Notes: generated from the letters alone by a model not told the origin. Shown: positions 1-8,876, counted from the stretch's first letter. The stretch: 32,000 nucleotides of DNA from Opitutia bacterium KCR 482 (GCA_029269845.2 CP149973.1:1320001-1352000); one strand, 5' to 3'. Made by a program: numbers and translations.

Positions 1-189
1 CACACCGACGGAAAAAAAGACTACTACACGCCGCGTTTCGGCATTCTTTTTGACGATTCGGAATCTTGCGCGGCAATCGCAAACACGATGCACCACGGCT
101 ACACGGAAGCTCCCGTTAAGGCGGTAGGCAAATTCGAAAACTGCGAAGTCAAAGACAATCCGCACTCGCCGCACCCGCAAAACTACTGA
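1..189 (+). CDS. 3' end of an unidentified protein-coding gene (C-terminal 62 codons; continues off the left edge)
   Basis: Frame 1 is open from base 1 to TGA at 187-189 (...HHGYTEAPVKAVGKFENCEVKDNPHSPHPQNY*). Codon style matches neighbouring genes. No family recognised. Confidence 0.35.
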   Translation, partial: HTDGKKDYYTPRFGILFDDSESCAAIANTMHHGYTEAPVKAVGKFENCEVKDNPHSPHPQNY

Positions 190-202
190 TTCTGAATGGG
201 CG

Positions 203-242
203 AAAAAAAAACAAAACCGCAAGGCTGAATGCTTTGCGGTTT
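203..242 (-). terminator. Rho-independent terminator downstream of gmhA
   Basis: Perfect 9-bp stem AAACCGCAA (214-222) / TTGCGGTTT (234-242). On the minus-strand RNA it is followed by a U-rich run (complement of the A-run at 203-213). It lies 45 nt after the gmhA stop. Confidence 0.75.
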
Positions 243-286
243 GGGAAAGGGTTTGCGCGGGCGTTTGCATGAAGCAATCGCGCCGA

Positions 287-850
287 TTATCCTGCGGTTT
301 CCTGAACGAGGATATGAATTACTTTGATATGTATTTCCTGAACGCGGTCGGAGTATTCCGACATCGGCGCGCGGATTTCTATATCGGCGAGTTTTGCGAG
401 TTCGCCGCCGCCTTTGCCCGTCAGCGCCACCACAGTTATCCCCATTTCGCGCGCGGTTTTCGCCGCTTCGACAACGTTTTTCGAATTTCCGCTCGTGCTA
501 AGCGCAAGCAGGACGTCGCCTTTTTTGCCGACTCCCTCGACGTATCTTGAAAACACGATGTCGGGCGAGAAGTCGTTTACGGTGCATGTAAGATACGCGG
601 GGTCGTTGATTGCGATTGCGGGGAATGGGCGGCGGTTTTTTCTGAACCGCGCGGTAAGTTCTTCGGCAAAGTGCGTGGCGTCGCACAGCGAGCCTCCGTT
701 GCCGCAGGCTAGTATTTTATTGCCGCAGTCGAGGGCGATTTTCATCGTCTTTGCCGCGCTTTCGATTGCGTCGATTGTCGCGGGGTTGGATACGAATTTG
801 TCGAGCGCGTTTTGCGCCTCTTTTAGCGAATTTACGATGTCCTCTCTCAT
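287..850 (-). CDS. gmhA: D-sedoheptulose-7-phosphate isomerase (SIS domain; GmhA/DiaA family)
   Basis: Motifs CGNGGSLCDATHFAEEL, TCTVNDFSPDIVFSRYVE, LSTSGNSKNV, ALTGKGGG and QEIHIKVIH are typical of GmhA. I chose the ATG at 850 (MREDIV...) with GGAG 9 nt upstream. The track start at 886 would overlap the upstream ROK gene. Confidence 0.85.
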   Translation of the reverse strand: MREDIVNSLKEAQNALDKFVSNPATIDAIESAAKTMKIALDCGNKILACGNGGSLCDATHFAEELTARFRKNRRPFPAIAINDPAYLTCTVNDFSPDIVFSRYVEGVGKKGDVLLALSTSGNSKNVVEAAKTAREMGITVVALTGKGGGELAKLADIEIRAPMSEYSDRVQEIHIKVIHILVQETAG

Positions 851-851
851 T

Positions 852-1832
852 TTATTTCTCCGATTGCAAAATTCCGTTTGCCGCAACAGACACCGCCGCG
901 ATGTCGCCTATCGACTCGCCGAGAAGCGCGGGAACAACTTTGCATTTTTTTGCGGCGTTCGGCAAAGCTTCCGCGTCTATGATTTTCTGCATTTCCCTGC
1001 GGATAAGGTTTTCGGAGCGGGCGAAAATACTGCCGATGACTATTGTCTGAGGGTTCAGAATGTCGATTAGAATCGAGATTCCGAAGCCCAGTTTCCTCGC
1101 CGAAATTTTATACACTTCGATTGCCGTCGGGTCTCCCGCGTCGGCGGCTGCGGCTATGTTTTTTGCGCTCACCAAGTCCAATTCGGCGGGCGACGCGCAG
1201 AATGCGCACGCTTTGCCCTGCTGGAAAAGTTCCGCCGCCTTTGCCCTGCCGAGCTGGGCGATTCCCGAACCGCTGCAAAAACCCTCGAACGACCCCGCCT
1301 TTGCGTAGCCCACAGGCCCGAATTCCGACAGTCTGACGTGCCCGACCTCCCCCGCGTTGTCGTTTGTGCCCGCGTAGAGTTTGCCGTCGAGGATAAGCCC
1401 CGCGCCAAGCCCCGTGCCGAAGGTCATAAACACCATATTCTTGGAGCCTTTGCCCGCGCCGTAGAGCCATTCGGCGAGAGCGCATGCGTTGGCGTCATTT
1501 TGGAGGAATGTAGGCACGCCGAGTCTGCGGCGAACGATTTCGGTAATTTTAACGTTGTCCCAGCCTACGAGGTTCGGAGGCGACATTATCACCCCGCGCG
1601 AGCTGTCGAGCGGCCCACCGCAGCTTATGCCGACCGCCGAAACGCTCTTTGCGCGGGCTGCCGTCTTTTCGGCGGTTTCGAGGATTTTTTCAATCGTCGC
1701 CTCGGGATTGCCGACAATCGTCGGAAAGGACTTTTTTTCGAATATTTCGGGCGTTCCGCCGTCGGCGCGTTCGCGGGCGGCAACCACGGCGCATTTTGTT
1801 CCGCCGATATCGATTCCTATAAATTGTCTCAT
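852..1832 (-). CDS. ROK-family sugar kinase (glucokinase / N-acetylhexosamine kinase-like)
   Basis: N-terminal GIDIGGTK phosphate-binding motif, FGTGLGAGLILDG...GEVGH ROK core, AAGGAA RBS upstream of the ATG. The CxCGxxGC zinc motif usual in ROK kinases is not evident (GHVRLSEFGPVGYAKAGSFEGFC). The stop lies 1 nt from the gmhA start. Confidence 0.85.
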   Translation of the reverse strand: MRQFIGIDIGGTKCAVVAARERADGGTPEIFEKKSFPTIVGNPEATIEKILETAEKTAARAKSVSAVGISCGGPLDSSRGVIMSPPNLVGWDNVKITEIVRRRLGVPTFLQNDANACALAEWLYGAGKGSKNMVFMTFGTGLGAGLILDGKLYAGTNDNAGEVGHVRLSEFGPVGYAKAGSFEGFCSGSGIAQLGRAKAAELFQQGKACAFCASPAELDLVSAKNIAAAADAGDPTAIEVYKISARKLGFGISILIDILNPQTIVIGSIFARSENLIRREMQKIIDAEALPNAAKKCKVVPALLGESIGDIAAVSVAANGILQSEK

Positions 1833-1862
1833 AAAATTCCTTTTAGTTTAACGTTTAAGTGA

Positions 1863-1890
1863 AAATTAAAAGCTTCTTTTTCTTGGTCAA
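1863..1890 (-). promoter_or_regulatory. Candidate sigma70-type promoter for the ROK-gmhA operon
   Basis: On the minus strand: TTGACC (1890-1885), 16-nt spacer, TAATTT (1868-1863), set in an AT-rich intergenic region. The imperfect palindrome TTtAACGTTtAA (1847-1858) sits near the predicted transcription start and could be a LacI-type operator. Confidence 0.4.
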
Positions 1891-1917
1891 ACAAAAAAAG
1901 GAAAATTCGAAGCAAAA

Positions 1918-2934
1918 TTACGCGCCGAGGGTCGAAGCGCGTTCGACAATGTCAACCTTTACGATTTCCGTTTTAGGCTCAGCGGAGGGAGATGCTATGC
2001 GGCGCAGCACCGTTTCCGCGCCGACCGCCCCGATTTCCTCGCAATCGACATGCACCGTAGTAAGCGGCGGCGTGCAGCGGGTTGCAAGAACCGTGTCGTC
2101 GAAGCCGCAGAACGCGACGGCGTCGGGTACTTCAAAGCCCATCGACAGGGCGCGGCACATAAGCGAGGTCGCCAAATCGTCGTTGCTTGCGAGCACCGCG
2201 GTTGGCCTGTCGGGCAATTCGAGCAGTTTTTGAAGTTCGTCGCCGCCCTCTTCGTTAGTCGCGAAATTGCGCACAACTCTCGGCGCAAGCCCCGCGTTTT
2301 CGACAGCCGCAAGGTAGCCCTTAATGCGCATGTCGGTATTGAAGTCGGAATTGTCGTAGGCAAGATAGGCGATTTTTTTGTGCCCCTGCGCGGCGAGCCG
2401 TTCGACAAGTTTTTGCGTGGCGGAAAGCCCGTCGGTATAGATTGAGTCTATTCCGGCGTAGAAAGAATCGAGCATGAGCATGGGAAGCCCGCAGTTTTTC
2501 AGCGACTCCGCCGCGCCGTCGGGAATGCGCCCGAGAGCCACGATTGCGTCCGCCTTTCCGCGCGACACGAAGCGCGGCTGCGCCCCCGCCTCCGCCACGT
2601 CCTGCGGAATTTCGGAAAGCAGGATTTCGTAGCCCAGCTCAGACAGGCGTTTCTGGAATCCGCACGTCATTGTGAGGTAGTATTCGCTCTTGAAAATATC
2701 GACGTTCGGGCGGTAGAACACCAACGCCACCGTCTCCGACTTCCCCAAGCGCAGCGCGCGCGCCGACGGGTTCATTTTGTAGGAGTATTTTTTTACGATG
2801 TCCAAAATTTTGTCGCGTATTTCCTCGCCGAACAGCCCCTTGTTGTTGAGGACGTTCGAAACCGTCGTCGTGGAGCAGCCCGCGAGTTCGGCTATGAATT
2901 TGAGTGATACTTTTTTGTTGCGCGCCTGTTGCAT
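1918..2934 (-). CDS. LacI-family transcriptional regulator
   Basis: N-terminal HTH VSLKFIAELAGCSTTTVSNVLNNKG followed by a periplasmic-binding-protein-like sugar-binding domain. I chose the ATG at 2934 (MQQARNKK...). The 27 extra codons in the track (start 3015) are Cys/Arg-rich and look non-coding. Confidence 0.85.
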   Translation of the reverse strand: MQQARNKKVSLKFIAELAGCSTTTVSNVLNNKGLFGEEIRDKILDIVKKYSYKMNPSARALRLGKSETVALVFYRPNVDIFKSEYYLTMTCGFQKRLSELGYEILLSEIPQDVAEAGAQPRFVSRGKADAIVALGRIPDGAAESLKNCGLPMLMLDSFYAGIDSIYTDGLSATQKLVERLAAQGHKKIAYLAYDNSDFNTDMRIKGYLAAVENAGLAPRVVRNFATNEEGGDELQKLLELPDRPTAVLASNDDLATSLMCRALSMGFEVPDAVAFCGFDDTVLATRCTPPLTTVHVDCEEIGAVGAETVLRRIASPSAEPKTEIVKVDIVERASTLGA

Positions 2935-2968
2935 TATGGCGCAATTTTCACACGAGCCCGCCGCGCGT

Positions 2969-3100
2969 TCAAGCACAAAAAGACATCGCGTGCAACGCCG
3001 CAACCACGGCCGCAAGAACGGCGATTAGAAGCAGCCCCACAAGCACGTTTTTGAGTCGCAGGCGACGGGGTTTGGAATCGGTATCGGTGCGAGGTTTCAT
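2969..3100 (-). CDS. Possible 43-aa single-pass membrane peptide (below the ORF-track length cutoff)
   Basis: ATG at 3100 gives MKPRTDTDSKPRRLRLKNVLVGLLLIAVLAAVVAALHAMSFCA*: a basic N-terminus followed by one hydrophobic helix. No clear RBS. Same strand as, and just upstream of, the LacI gene. Confidence 0.25.
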   Translation of the reverse strand: MKPRTDTDSKPRRLRLKNVLVGLLLIAVLAAVVAALHAMSFCA

Positions 3101-3124
3101 ATTTTAAAAATCGGAAAAATTTAA

Positions 3125-3153
3125 TTGCCTTAAAGCGAAGGCGCGGCGATATT
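3125..3153 (+). promoter_or_regulatory. Candidate promoter for the ptuA-like operon
   Basis: TTGCCT (3125-3130), 17-nt spacer, GATATT (3148-3153). If real, it leaves a very short or absent leader before the ATG at 3164 and excludes the TTG at 3152 as the start. Confidence 0.3.
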
Positions 3154-3163
3154 GAAGCAAGCG

Positions 3164-4435
3164 ATGAGAATTAAATACATGCACGTCGAAAATTTCAGGG
3201 GGCTCGTCGACGAACGCATAGAGTTCGACGAATCCATGACCGTGCTCGCGGGCGGAAACGGCGGGGGAAAGTCGTCGCTGCTGGAGGCGATTTCCATAAT
3301 GCTTTCGTGGCTGCCCGCGGGGCTTCCGTCGGCGGAGCGCACGCCGATGAAGATACGGACTTCCGACATCACCGTAGGCAAAAGCTACTCGCGCCTCTCG
3401 ATGATTCTCGGCGAGCGGCGCAAGCCCGACATCTCGCTTGCGCTCGTCAAACGCGCAAACCGCTCCGCGCCGAAAATCGACGGCAACATGGACGGCGCGA
3501 AAAAATACGCCTCCGACATGCGCGTCATGCTCGACTCCCCGCGGGGCGTCTCCGCCGACATACCCGTTTTCGTCCACTACGGCACGCATCGCAACGGCCG
3601 CTCCGCGCCGCTTCCGATGCGCAACGCCGACCGCACGAGCGTCTACGCAAAGGCGTTCGACGCGGGGACGGACTTCGGCAAATTCTCGCGCTGGATTTCG
3701 AAAGCGGTGCTCGACCGACGCCGCGAAATGGAGGACGCCGCCGCCCTTCCGCTCAAAGCCGCGAACAGGCGGCGCGAGGAAATCAACCTGAAATACGCGT
3801 CGGTCGCCGCCGTCAAACGCGCCATCGCCGACTTCGGCGACTCCTACTGCGACTTTTCAGTAAAGGACGGCGCATTGTTTTTAGGCTCAAAAAACGTCCC
3901 CGCCGCGAACCTTTCCGACGGCGAAAAAACCGTAATCGCGCTAATCGCCGACATCGCCATGCGCATGGCGGTCGCAAACCCGCAGAAGAAAAACCCGCTC
4001 GACACCTCCGCAATCATTCTCGTAGACGAGCTTGACCTGCACCTGCACCCCGACTGGCAGACGGCGATTGCCGAACGCCTGCCGCGCATTTTCACAAACG
4101 CGCAGTTCATAATTTCGTCGCACTCGCCGTCGATAATGTCGCTTGCGAAGAGCCTGTACAGAATCAGGGGAGACGGCGGGGAGTCGCGCCTCGAACACAT
4201 AGACTCGGCTTTCGGCAGAAGCCCCGCCGACCTGCTTTCGTCGGTGCTCAACGCCTCGCGCGAATCCACTACCGCCGCGAAAATCGCGAAGATGTACGAG
4301 TTTATCGACGAGGGCAAATACGCCGCCGCCCGCGACATAATCAACGAGCTTGACAAACAGATTCCCGACGACCCCGAAGTCGTCCGCGCCGAATACCTCG
4401 TCCGCGCGCTGTCGGCAAGGAGCGGCGGCAAATGA
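3164..4435 (+). CDS. ptuA: ABC/SMC-type AAA ATPase, Septu PtuA-like (AAA_15/AAA_21, COG3950-like)
   Basis: Walker [10 protein letters not shown], signature-like [11 protein letters not shown], Walker [15 protein letters not shown] and H-loop SSHSPS. N-terminus [14 protein letters not shown] is typical of this class. The track start at 3152 is TTG, so I prefer the ATG at 3164. The stop overlaps the next start (ATGA at 4432-4435). Confidence 0.8.
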   Translation: MRIKYMHVENFRGLVDERIEFDESMTVLAGGNGGGKSSLLEAISIMLSWLPAGLPSAERTPMKIRTSDITVGKSYSRLSMILGERRKPDISLALVKRANRSAPKIDGNMDGAKKYASDMRVMLDSPRGVSADIPVFVHYGTHRNGRSAPLPMRNADRTSVYAKAFDAGTDFGKFSRWISKAVLDRRREMEDAAALPLKAANRRREEINLKYASVAAVKRAIADFGDSYCDFSVKDGALFLGSKNVPAANLSDGEKTVIALIADIAMRMAVANPQKKNPLDTSAIILVDELDLHLHPDWQTAIAERLPRIFTNAQFIISSHSPSIMSLAKSLYRIRGDGGESRLEHIDSAFGRSPADLLSSVLNASRESTTAAKIAKMYEFIDEGKYAAARDIINELDKQIPDDPEVVRAEYLVRALSARSGGK

Positions 4436-5166
4436 GATACATTCCCAAACCCGCCGAGTCGGAAGCCCCCGAAGCTTTCAAACGCTGGAAAAAACGCCAC
4501 CCCAACGCGAAGTATTCGTCGTTCCACAACGTGAGGGCGAAGTCGGCGTTGAAAGAGTCGCTGATAAGGCGGCAGAAATTTTTGTGCTGCTATTGCGAGT
4601 CGCGCATAACGGAGGAGACGTCGCACATAGAGCACATAGAGCCGCAGATGGGCGGGCTTTCCGCGCATACGATGGACTACGGCAACATGGCGGCGTCGTG
4701 CATAAAAGACCCCAAGAAATTCGAGGAAAAGTCCGAAGCCGCGCAGGCGGGCGTGGGCGTCTTGCGAGACGCCTACCTGCACTGCGGGCACGCGCGGGGA
4801 ACGCGCCCCGCGGCGTCGCCCTACGACCCCGTCGTGGACGAGCTTTTCCGCTACTCTTTCGGCGGCGAAATCAAGGTGTCGCCCGAACTTTCGGACGAAT
4901 CGAAAATCGAACTCGCGCGGGAAACTATCGACAACCTAAGGCTGAACGTCCCGACGCTCGCAAACCTCCGCAGGCTCGCCATGTACGAAACCGTGAAGCT
5001 GCTCGAAGCGGGAATACCGCCGGCGGTGATTCTGCGCGAAATCAACGGAAGGCTTCCGCCCTTCATAACGTCGGCGCAAAAGGCGGTGGAGGCATGGACG
5101 CGGGCGGCGGAAACCGCAGAAAAGTCGAAACAGGGAACACAATGCAAACAGGAAATTTCAAAATAG
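4432..5166 (+). CDS. ptuB: HNH endonuclease, TIGR02646-type, Septu PtuB-like
   Basis: HNH core [21 protein letters not shown] plus a downstream HCGH. About 240 aa and sited immediately after, and overlapping, an AAA_21-type ATPase. AAGGAG (4417-4422) lies 9 nt upstream of the ATG. Confidence 0.75.
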   Translation: MRYIPKPAESEAPEAFKRWKKRHPNAKYSSFHNVRAKSALKESLIRRQKFLCCYCESRITEETSHIEHIEPQMGGLSAHTMDYGNMAASCIKDPKKFEEKSEAAQAGVGVLRDAYLHCGHARGTRPAASPYDPVVDELFRYSFGGEIKVSPELSDESKIELARETIDNLRLNVPTLANLRRLAMYETVKLLEAGIPPAVILREINGRLPPFITSAQKAVEAWTRAAETAEKSKQGTQCKQEISK

Positions 5167-5984
5167 GCTGCCATCTCTCGTTCGCGGGCGGATACGCGCA
5201 AATGGGCAAAGACGCGCTTTCGATAGGCGCAAACGCATTCCAGTATTTCAGCCGCAATCCGCGCGGAGGAAAGACAAAGGACTTCGACCCAGCCGACGCC
5301 GAAAAGCTCAACGCAATCGCGGAGGAAAACGGCTTCGCGCCCTACCTCGTCCACGCGCCCTACACCTACAACCCCTGCTCGGCCGACGAAAAACTGCGCG
5401 TCTTTGCAAAAACCGCAATGGCGGAGGATTTGGAGCGGCAGGAAAACATCGGACACAGCTTCTACAACTTCCACCCGGGCTCGCATGTCGGGCAGGGAAT
5501 CGAGCGCGGAATAGAGCTTATTGTGGAGCTTCTGAAAGAGGTTTTGCCGAAGGCGAAAACGACTGCGGTTCTGCTCGAAACAATGTCGGGAAAGGGAAGC
5601 GAAGTCGGCGGAACTTTCGAGGAGATTGCCGAAATAATCGACGGCGCGGGAAACCCCGAAAACCTCGGCGTGTGCCTCGACACCTGCCACGTCTTTTCCG
5701 CGGGCTACGACATCGTAAACGACCTCGACGAGGTCCTCGCAAAATTCGACAAAACGGTGGGGCTTGCGCGGCTCAAAGCAATCCACCTAAACGACAGCAT
5801 GGCGCCCTTCGCCTCAAAGAAAGACAGGCACGAGACAATCGGCAACGGAAACATAGGTCTGGACGCCATAGTGCGCATAATCAACCACCCGCTTCTGCGG
5901 AATCTGCCGTTCTACCTCGAAACGCCGAACGACCTCGACGGCTACGCGCGGGAAATCGCCCTGCTGCGCTCAAAACGCGCATGA
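5142..5984 (+). CDS. nfo: Deoxyribonuclease IV / AP endonuclease family 2 (endonuclease IV)
   Basis: [13 protein letters not shown]-terminus and metal-ligand motifs [30 protein letters not shown] and ETP. Only the last 281 codons of the 544-codon track ORF are this gene. The ATG at 5142 lies 25 nt inside the ptuB-like CDS. Confidence 0.9.
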   Translation: MQTGNFKIGCHLSFAGGYAQMGKDALSIGANAFQYFSRNPRGGKTKDFDPADAEKLNAIAEENGFAPYLVHAPYTYNPCSADEKLRVFAKTAMAEDLERQENIGHSFYNFHPGSHVGQGIERGIELIVELLKEVLPKAKTTAVLLETMSGKGSEVGGTFEEIAEIIDGAGNPENLGVCLDTCHVFSAGYDIVNDLDEVLAKFDKTVGLARLKAIHLNDSMAPFASKKDRHETIGNGNIGLDAIVRIINHPLLRNLPFYLETPNDLDGYAREIALLRSKRA

Positions 5985-6706
5985 AACGCCGACGACGAAA
6001 GCCGAAAAACGCCGCGCTTAAAATCGCGCTCTGGGTTTTGAAACGCCGCTTTCTTGCGGCGTGCATTGCGGTTTTTATCGTGTTCGCGTTCGTCGGCAAA
6101 TGCTCGAAAAACGAATATTCGGCGCGGACTCCCGAAGAAATCGCGTACCTGAAATCGCTCAGGGCGAAGTACGCGGGCGCGGGAAGGCGCGTCGATTTGC
6201 GCTCGGCCGAACACTCCATAGCCGAAGCTTGCGCGTTCATAGCCGCCGCCGAAAACGACGTCCCCGACTGGGACACCCCCGACGCCCGCGCCCTGCTCTT
6301 GGCGACCGCCGTTGTGGAAAGCGACCTCCGCGCAAGGTATCAGGACGGCGGCGGCGACGCAATCGGGCTGTTCCAAGTGGAGTACGGCACATACCGCGAC
6401 CTCTGGCACAGGGCGATACGCTACAAACACCCACGACTCTACAAGGCAATGCGCGCGCGTTTCGGCGAGCCGCGCAGCGACGAAATCAGGTTCGAGGATT
6501 TGCAAAAAAACGACATTGTGGGCGCGATTTTCGCCCGCGTGAAATATTTCGAAAGCGGCGCGGAAATCCCCTCCGCCGACAATCCCGACGCGCAGGCGGC
6601 CGTCTACAAAAAGTATTACAACACGGCGGCGGGCAGGGGAGATGCGGAAATTTTCAAAAAAAAGACGCAAAAATACCTCCGCCCCGCCGCACAGGGCGGC
6701 AAATGA
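5981..6706 (+). CDS. Membrane-anchored lysozyme-like protein (putative lytic transglycosylase, SLT-like)
   Basis: The ATG at 5981 overlaps the nfo stop (ATGA). Basic N-terminus plus a TM helix ([15 protein letters not shown]). AVVESDL...[12 protein letters not shown]...YKKYYN resembles the E-S / GLMQ / AYNxG motifs of the SLT domain. Confidence 0.5.
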   Translation: MKRRRRKPKNAALKIALWVLKRRFLAACIAVFIVFAFVGKCSKNEYSARTPEEIAYLKSLRAKYAGAGRRVDLRSAEHSIAEACAFIAAAENDVPDWDTPDARALLLATAVVESDLRARYQDGGGDAIGLFQVEYGTYRDLWHRAIRYKHPRLYKAMRARFGEPRSDEIRFEDLQKNDIVGAIFARVKYFESGAEIPSADNPDAQAAVYKKYYNTAAGRGDAEIFKKKTQKYLRPAAQGGK

Positions 6707-6824
6707 TTATTCCGTTTTTTTAAATCATTGCACTATTTTGACTTTTTGTTTCGAAGAAAAGTTTTTTTGCTTTCCAAGCCGCGGGTTTCCCGCTTGAATG
6801 AACGCCCAGAAAAGGGGAAACGAA

Positions 6825-7727
6825 ATGAACAAACTCGTCACCGAATTTACGGAAGATTCGCACTTGCAGGGCAACCGCTATTTCAGGGTGGTCCACGGCA
6901 AAACCGACAGGTCGCATTCGGTCGGGCTTCACAGGCACGATTTCGTGGAAATCATGTGGGTAAGAAGCGGCGGCGGACTCCTGATTTCGGGCGGCAAAAC
7001 GCGCAAATTTTCGGGCAACTTCCTCTACATTTCGAAGCCCAACGAAGTCCACGTCTTGGAGGCGGCAAACGGGGCGCAAATGCACTTCACATACGTTGCG
7101 GTCGCCCGCGGGCTGATGGACAAATTCCTGAACGAAATCCTCGCAGAGGAGGACGAATTTTCGCGCGAAAGGATCAGGGGGCTTTCGCTCAAACTCTCGC
7201 CGTTCGAGACCGCGTTTCTCGACAGGGCGGCGTCGGAGCTTGCTTGGCAGAACGACTCTCTTGTGGCGATTATCCGCTTCCTTACAAACATCTACTGGCA
7301 GTTGAAAAACACATTCGCCTCGGCCCTCCCCGAAATGCCCGACTGGCTCTCCGACGCCTGCATGCGAATCCGCAACCCCGAAAACCTCGCGCTGGGGCTT
7401 CCCAAATTCAGGGAAATCTGCGGCAAGGACATGTCTTACATAAACCGCGCAATGCGCAAATACCTCGACGCAACCCCGACGGAATTTGTGAACGACGCCC
7501 GCCTGCGCTACGCCGCGTGGCTGCTCGAAACGTCGTCGTACTCGGCGAGCGAAATTTCCGAAATCTGCGGATTTTCCGACCTCCCCTATTTCTGCCGCAA
7601 ATTCAGGGAGAAATACGAATCAACCCCAACGCAGTTCAGAAGCAGCGCGCTGGGAGCGGCGGAAAATTCGCACATCAACAACTCGTACAAAATGCGCAAC
7701 GTAAAAAAAGTGGTGGCGCAGGTGTAA
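6825..7727 (+). CDS. AraC-family transcriptional regulator (N-terminal cupin sensor, C-terminal HTH_18)
   Basis: Cupin-like HRHDFVEIMWV...EVHVL, with a C-terminal AraC HTH (ARLRYAAWLLETSSYSASEISEICGFSDLPYFCRKFREKYESTPTQFR). The ATG at 6825 has an AGGGGA RBS. The ATG at 6798 is an alternative start. Confidence 0.85.
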   Translation: MNKLVTEFTEDSHLQGNRYFRVVHGKTDRSHSVGLHRHDFVEIMWVRSGGGLLISGGKTRKFSGNFLYISKPNEVHVLEAANGAQMHFTYVAVARGLMDKFLNEILAEEDEFSRERIRGLSLKLSPFETAFLDRAASELAWQNDSLVAIIRFLTNIYWQLKNTFASALPEMPDWLSDACMRIRNPENLALGLPKFREICGKDMSYINRAMRKYLDATPTEFVNDARLRYAAWLLETSSYSASEISEICGFSDLPYFCRKFREKYESTPTQFRSSALGAAENSHINNSYKMRNVKKVVAQV

Positions 7728-7751
7728 ACTTTAACGGTAAGAATCAATATC

Positions 7752-8819
7752 ATGAAAAAACTCAAAGTGCTTGTAATAGGCTGCGGAAACATGGGCGCCT
7801 CCCATGCGAGAGTCTACAATAAATTGGACGAATTCGAGCTTGTCGGAATCGTGGACAGAAAGCGCGAGGCGGTGGACGCCTTCAACAAGTCGGTAAACGG
7901 CAACTACGCGCATTTCGAAGACGTAGACGCGGCAATCGCCGAAACAAAGCCCGATGTCGTGGCAATCTGCACATACCCCAATTCCCACGAAGCCCTCGCG
8001 ACAAAGGCGATAGAGGCGGGCTGCCATGTCTTCGTGGAAAAGCCGATTGCATCGACAGTCGAGGGAGCGAAAAGGGTCGCCGAGCTTGCGAAGTCGCGCG
8101 GCAAAAAAGTCGTGGTGGGCTACATTCTGCGCCACCACCCGTCGTGGATAAAATTCATAGACCTTGCGCACAAGCTCGGCAAGCCGCTCGTCATGCGCAT
8201 GAACCTCAACCAGCAGTCGCACGGCAAGGCGTGGGAAACGCACAAAAACCTGCTGCACTCGCTCACGCCCATCGTGGACTGCGGCGTGCACTACGCCGAC
8301 GTCATGTGCCAAATGACTCAGGCAAAACCGTTGAGGGTCAGCGGAATCTCCGCAAAAGTCTCCGACGAAATCGGCGCGGACGAACGCAACTACGGACAGT
8401 TCCAAGTGGCGTTCGACGACGGCTCGGTCGGCTGGTACGAGGCTGGCTGGGGCCCGATGATGTCCACAAACGCGTTCTTCGTAAAGGACGTGATTGGCCC
8501 GAAAGGCTGCGCGTCGATTTGCGCGAAGTCGGGCGAAAAATCGTCGGACGACATAGACTCGCACACAAAGACGAACACGATAAAATTCCACTCGGCGGAA
8601 GTCGCCGCAGACGGAAGCTTCGCAAAGGAGGACGAGTGGATTGACACGAAAGACGAACCAGTGCACGACGAACTCTGCGCGAGGGAACAGCTCTTCCTGC
8701 ACAACGCAATCGTAAACGACGCCGACTTGTCGAAGCACATAGAGGACGCCGTAAACAGCCTGAAAATCTGCCTTGCAGCCGACGAAAGCGCAAGAACAGG
8801 CAAGGTCGTCGAGCTTTAA
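7752..8819 (+). CDS. Gfo/Idh/MocA-family NAD(P)-dependent oxidoreductase
   Basis: N-terminal Rossmann motif KVLVIGCGNMG, then the EKP motif (VFVEKPIA) typical of the family. Length of 355 aa also fits. Confidence 0.85.
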   Translation: MKKLKVLVIGCGNMGASHARVYNKLDEFELVGIVDRKREAVDAFNKSVNGNYAHFEDVDAAIAETKPDVVAICTYPNSHEALATKAIEAGCHVFVEKPIASTVEGAKRVAELAKSRGKKVVVGYILRHHPSWIKFIDLAHKLGKPLVMRMNLNQQSHGKAWETHKNLLHSLTPIVDCGVHYADVMCQMTQAKPLRVSGISAKVSDEIGADERNYGQFQVAFDDGSVGWYEAGWGPMMSTNAFFVKDVIGPKGCASICAKSGEKSSDDIDSHTKTNTIKFHSAEVAADGSFAKEDEWIDTKDEPVHDELCAREQLFLHNAIVNDADLSKHIEDAVNSLKICLAADESARTGKVVEL

Positions 8820-8876
8820 GCGCAACTGCCGCCGCCTGCGACGCCGAAAAAATCGGGGCGCGGACGGCTGAAACAA

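Noticed and set aside
4350-5141. 5' 264 codons of the 544-aa track ORF, which would make a giant Nfo fusion protein
   Set aside because: This part overlaps ptuA-like and ptuB-like in another frame and is Arg-rich junk. Nfo homology begins only at [11 protein letters not shown] (ATG at 5142).
2935-5200. Retron (msr-msd ncRNA plus reverse transcriptase) associated with the PtuAB-like pair, as in retron Ec78
   Set aside because: No RT-like ORF (no YxDD motif) exists in or next to the locus. The 229-bp upstream gap shows no long inverted repeats flanking a structured region, so I treat this as a stand-alone Septu-like pair.
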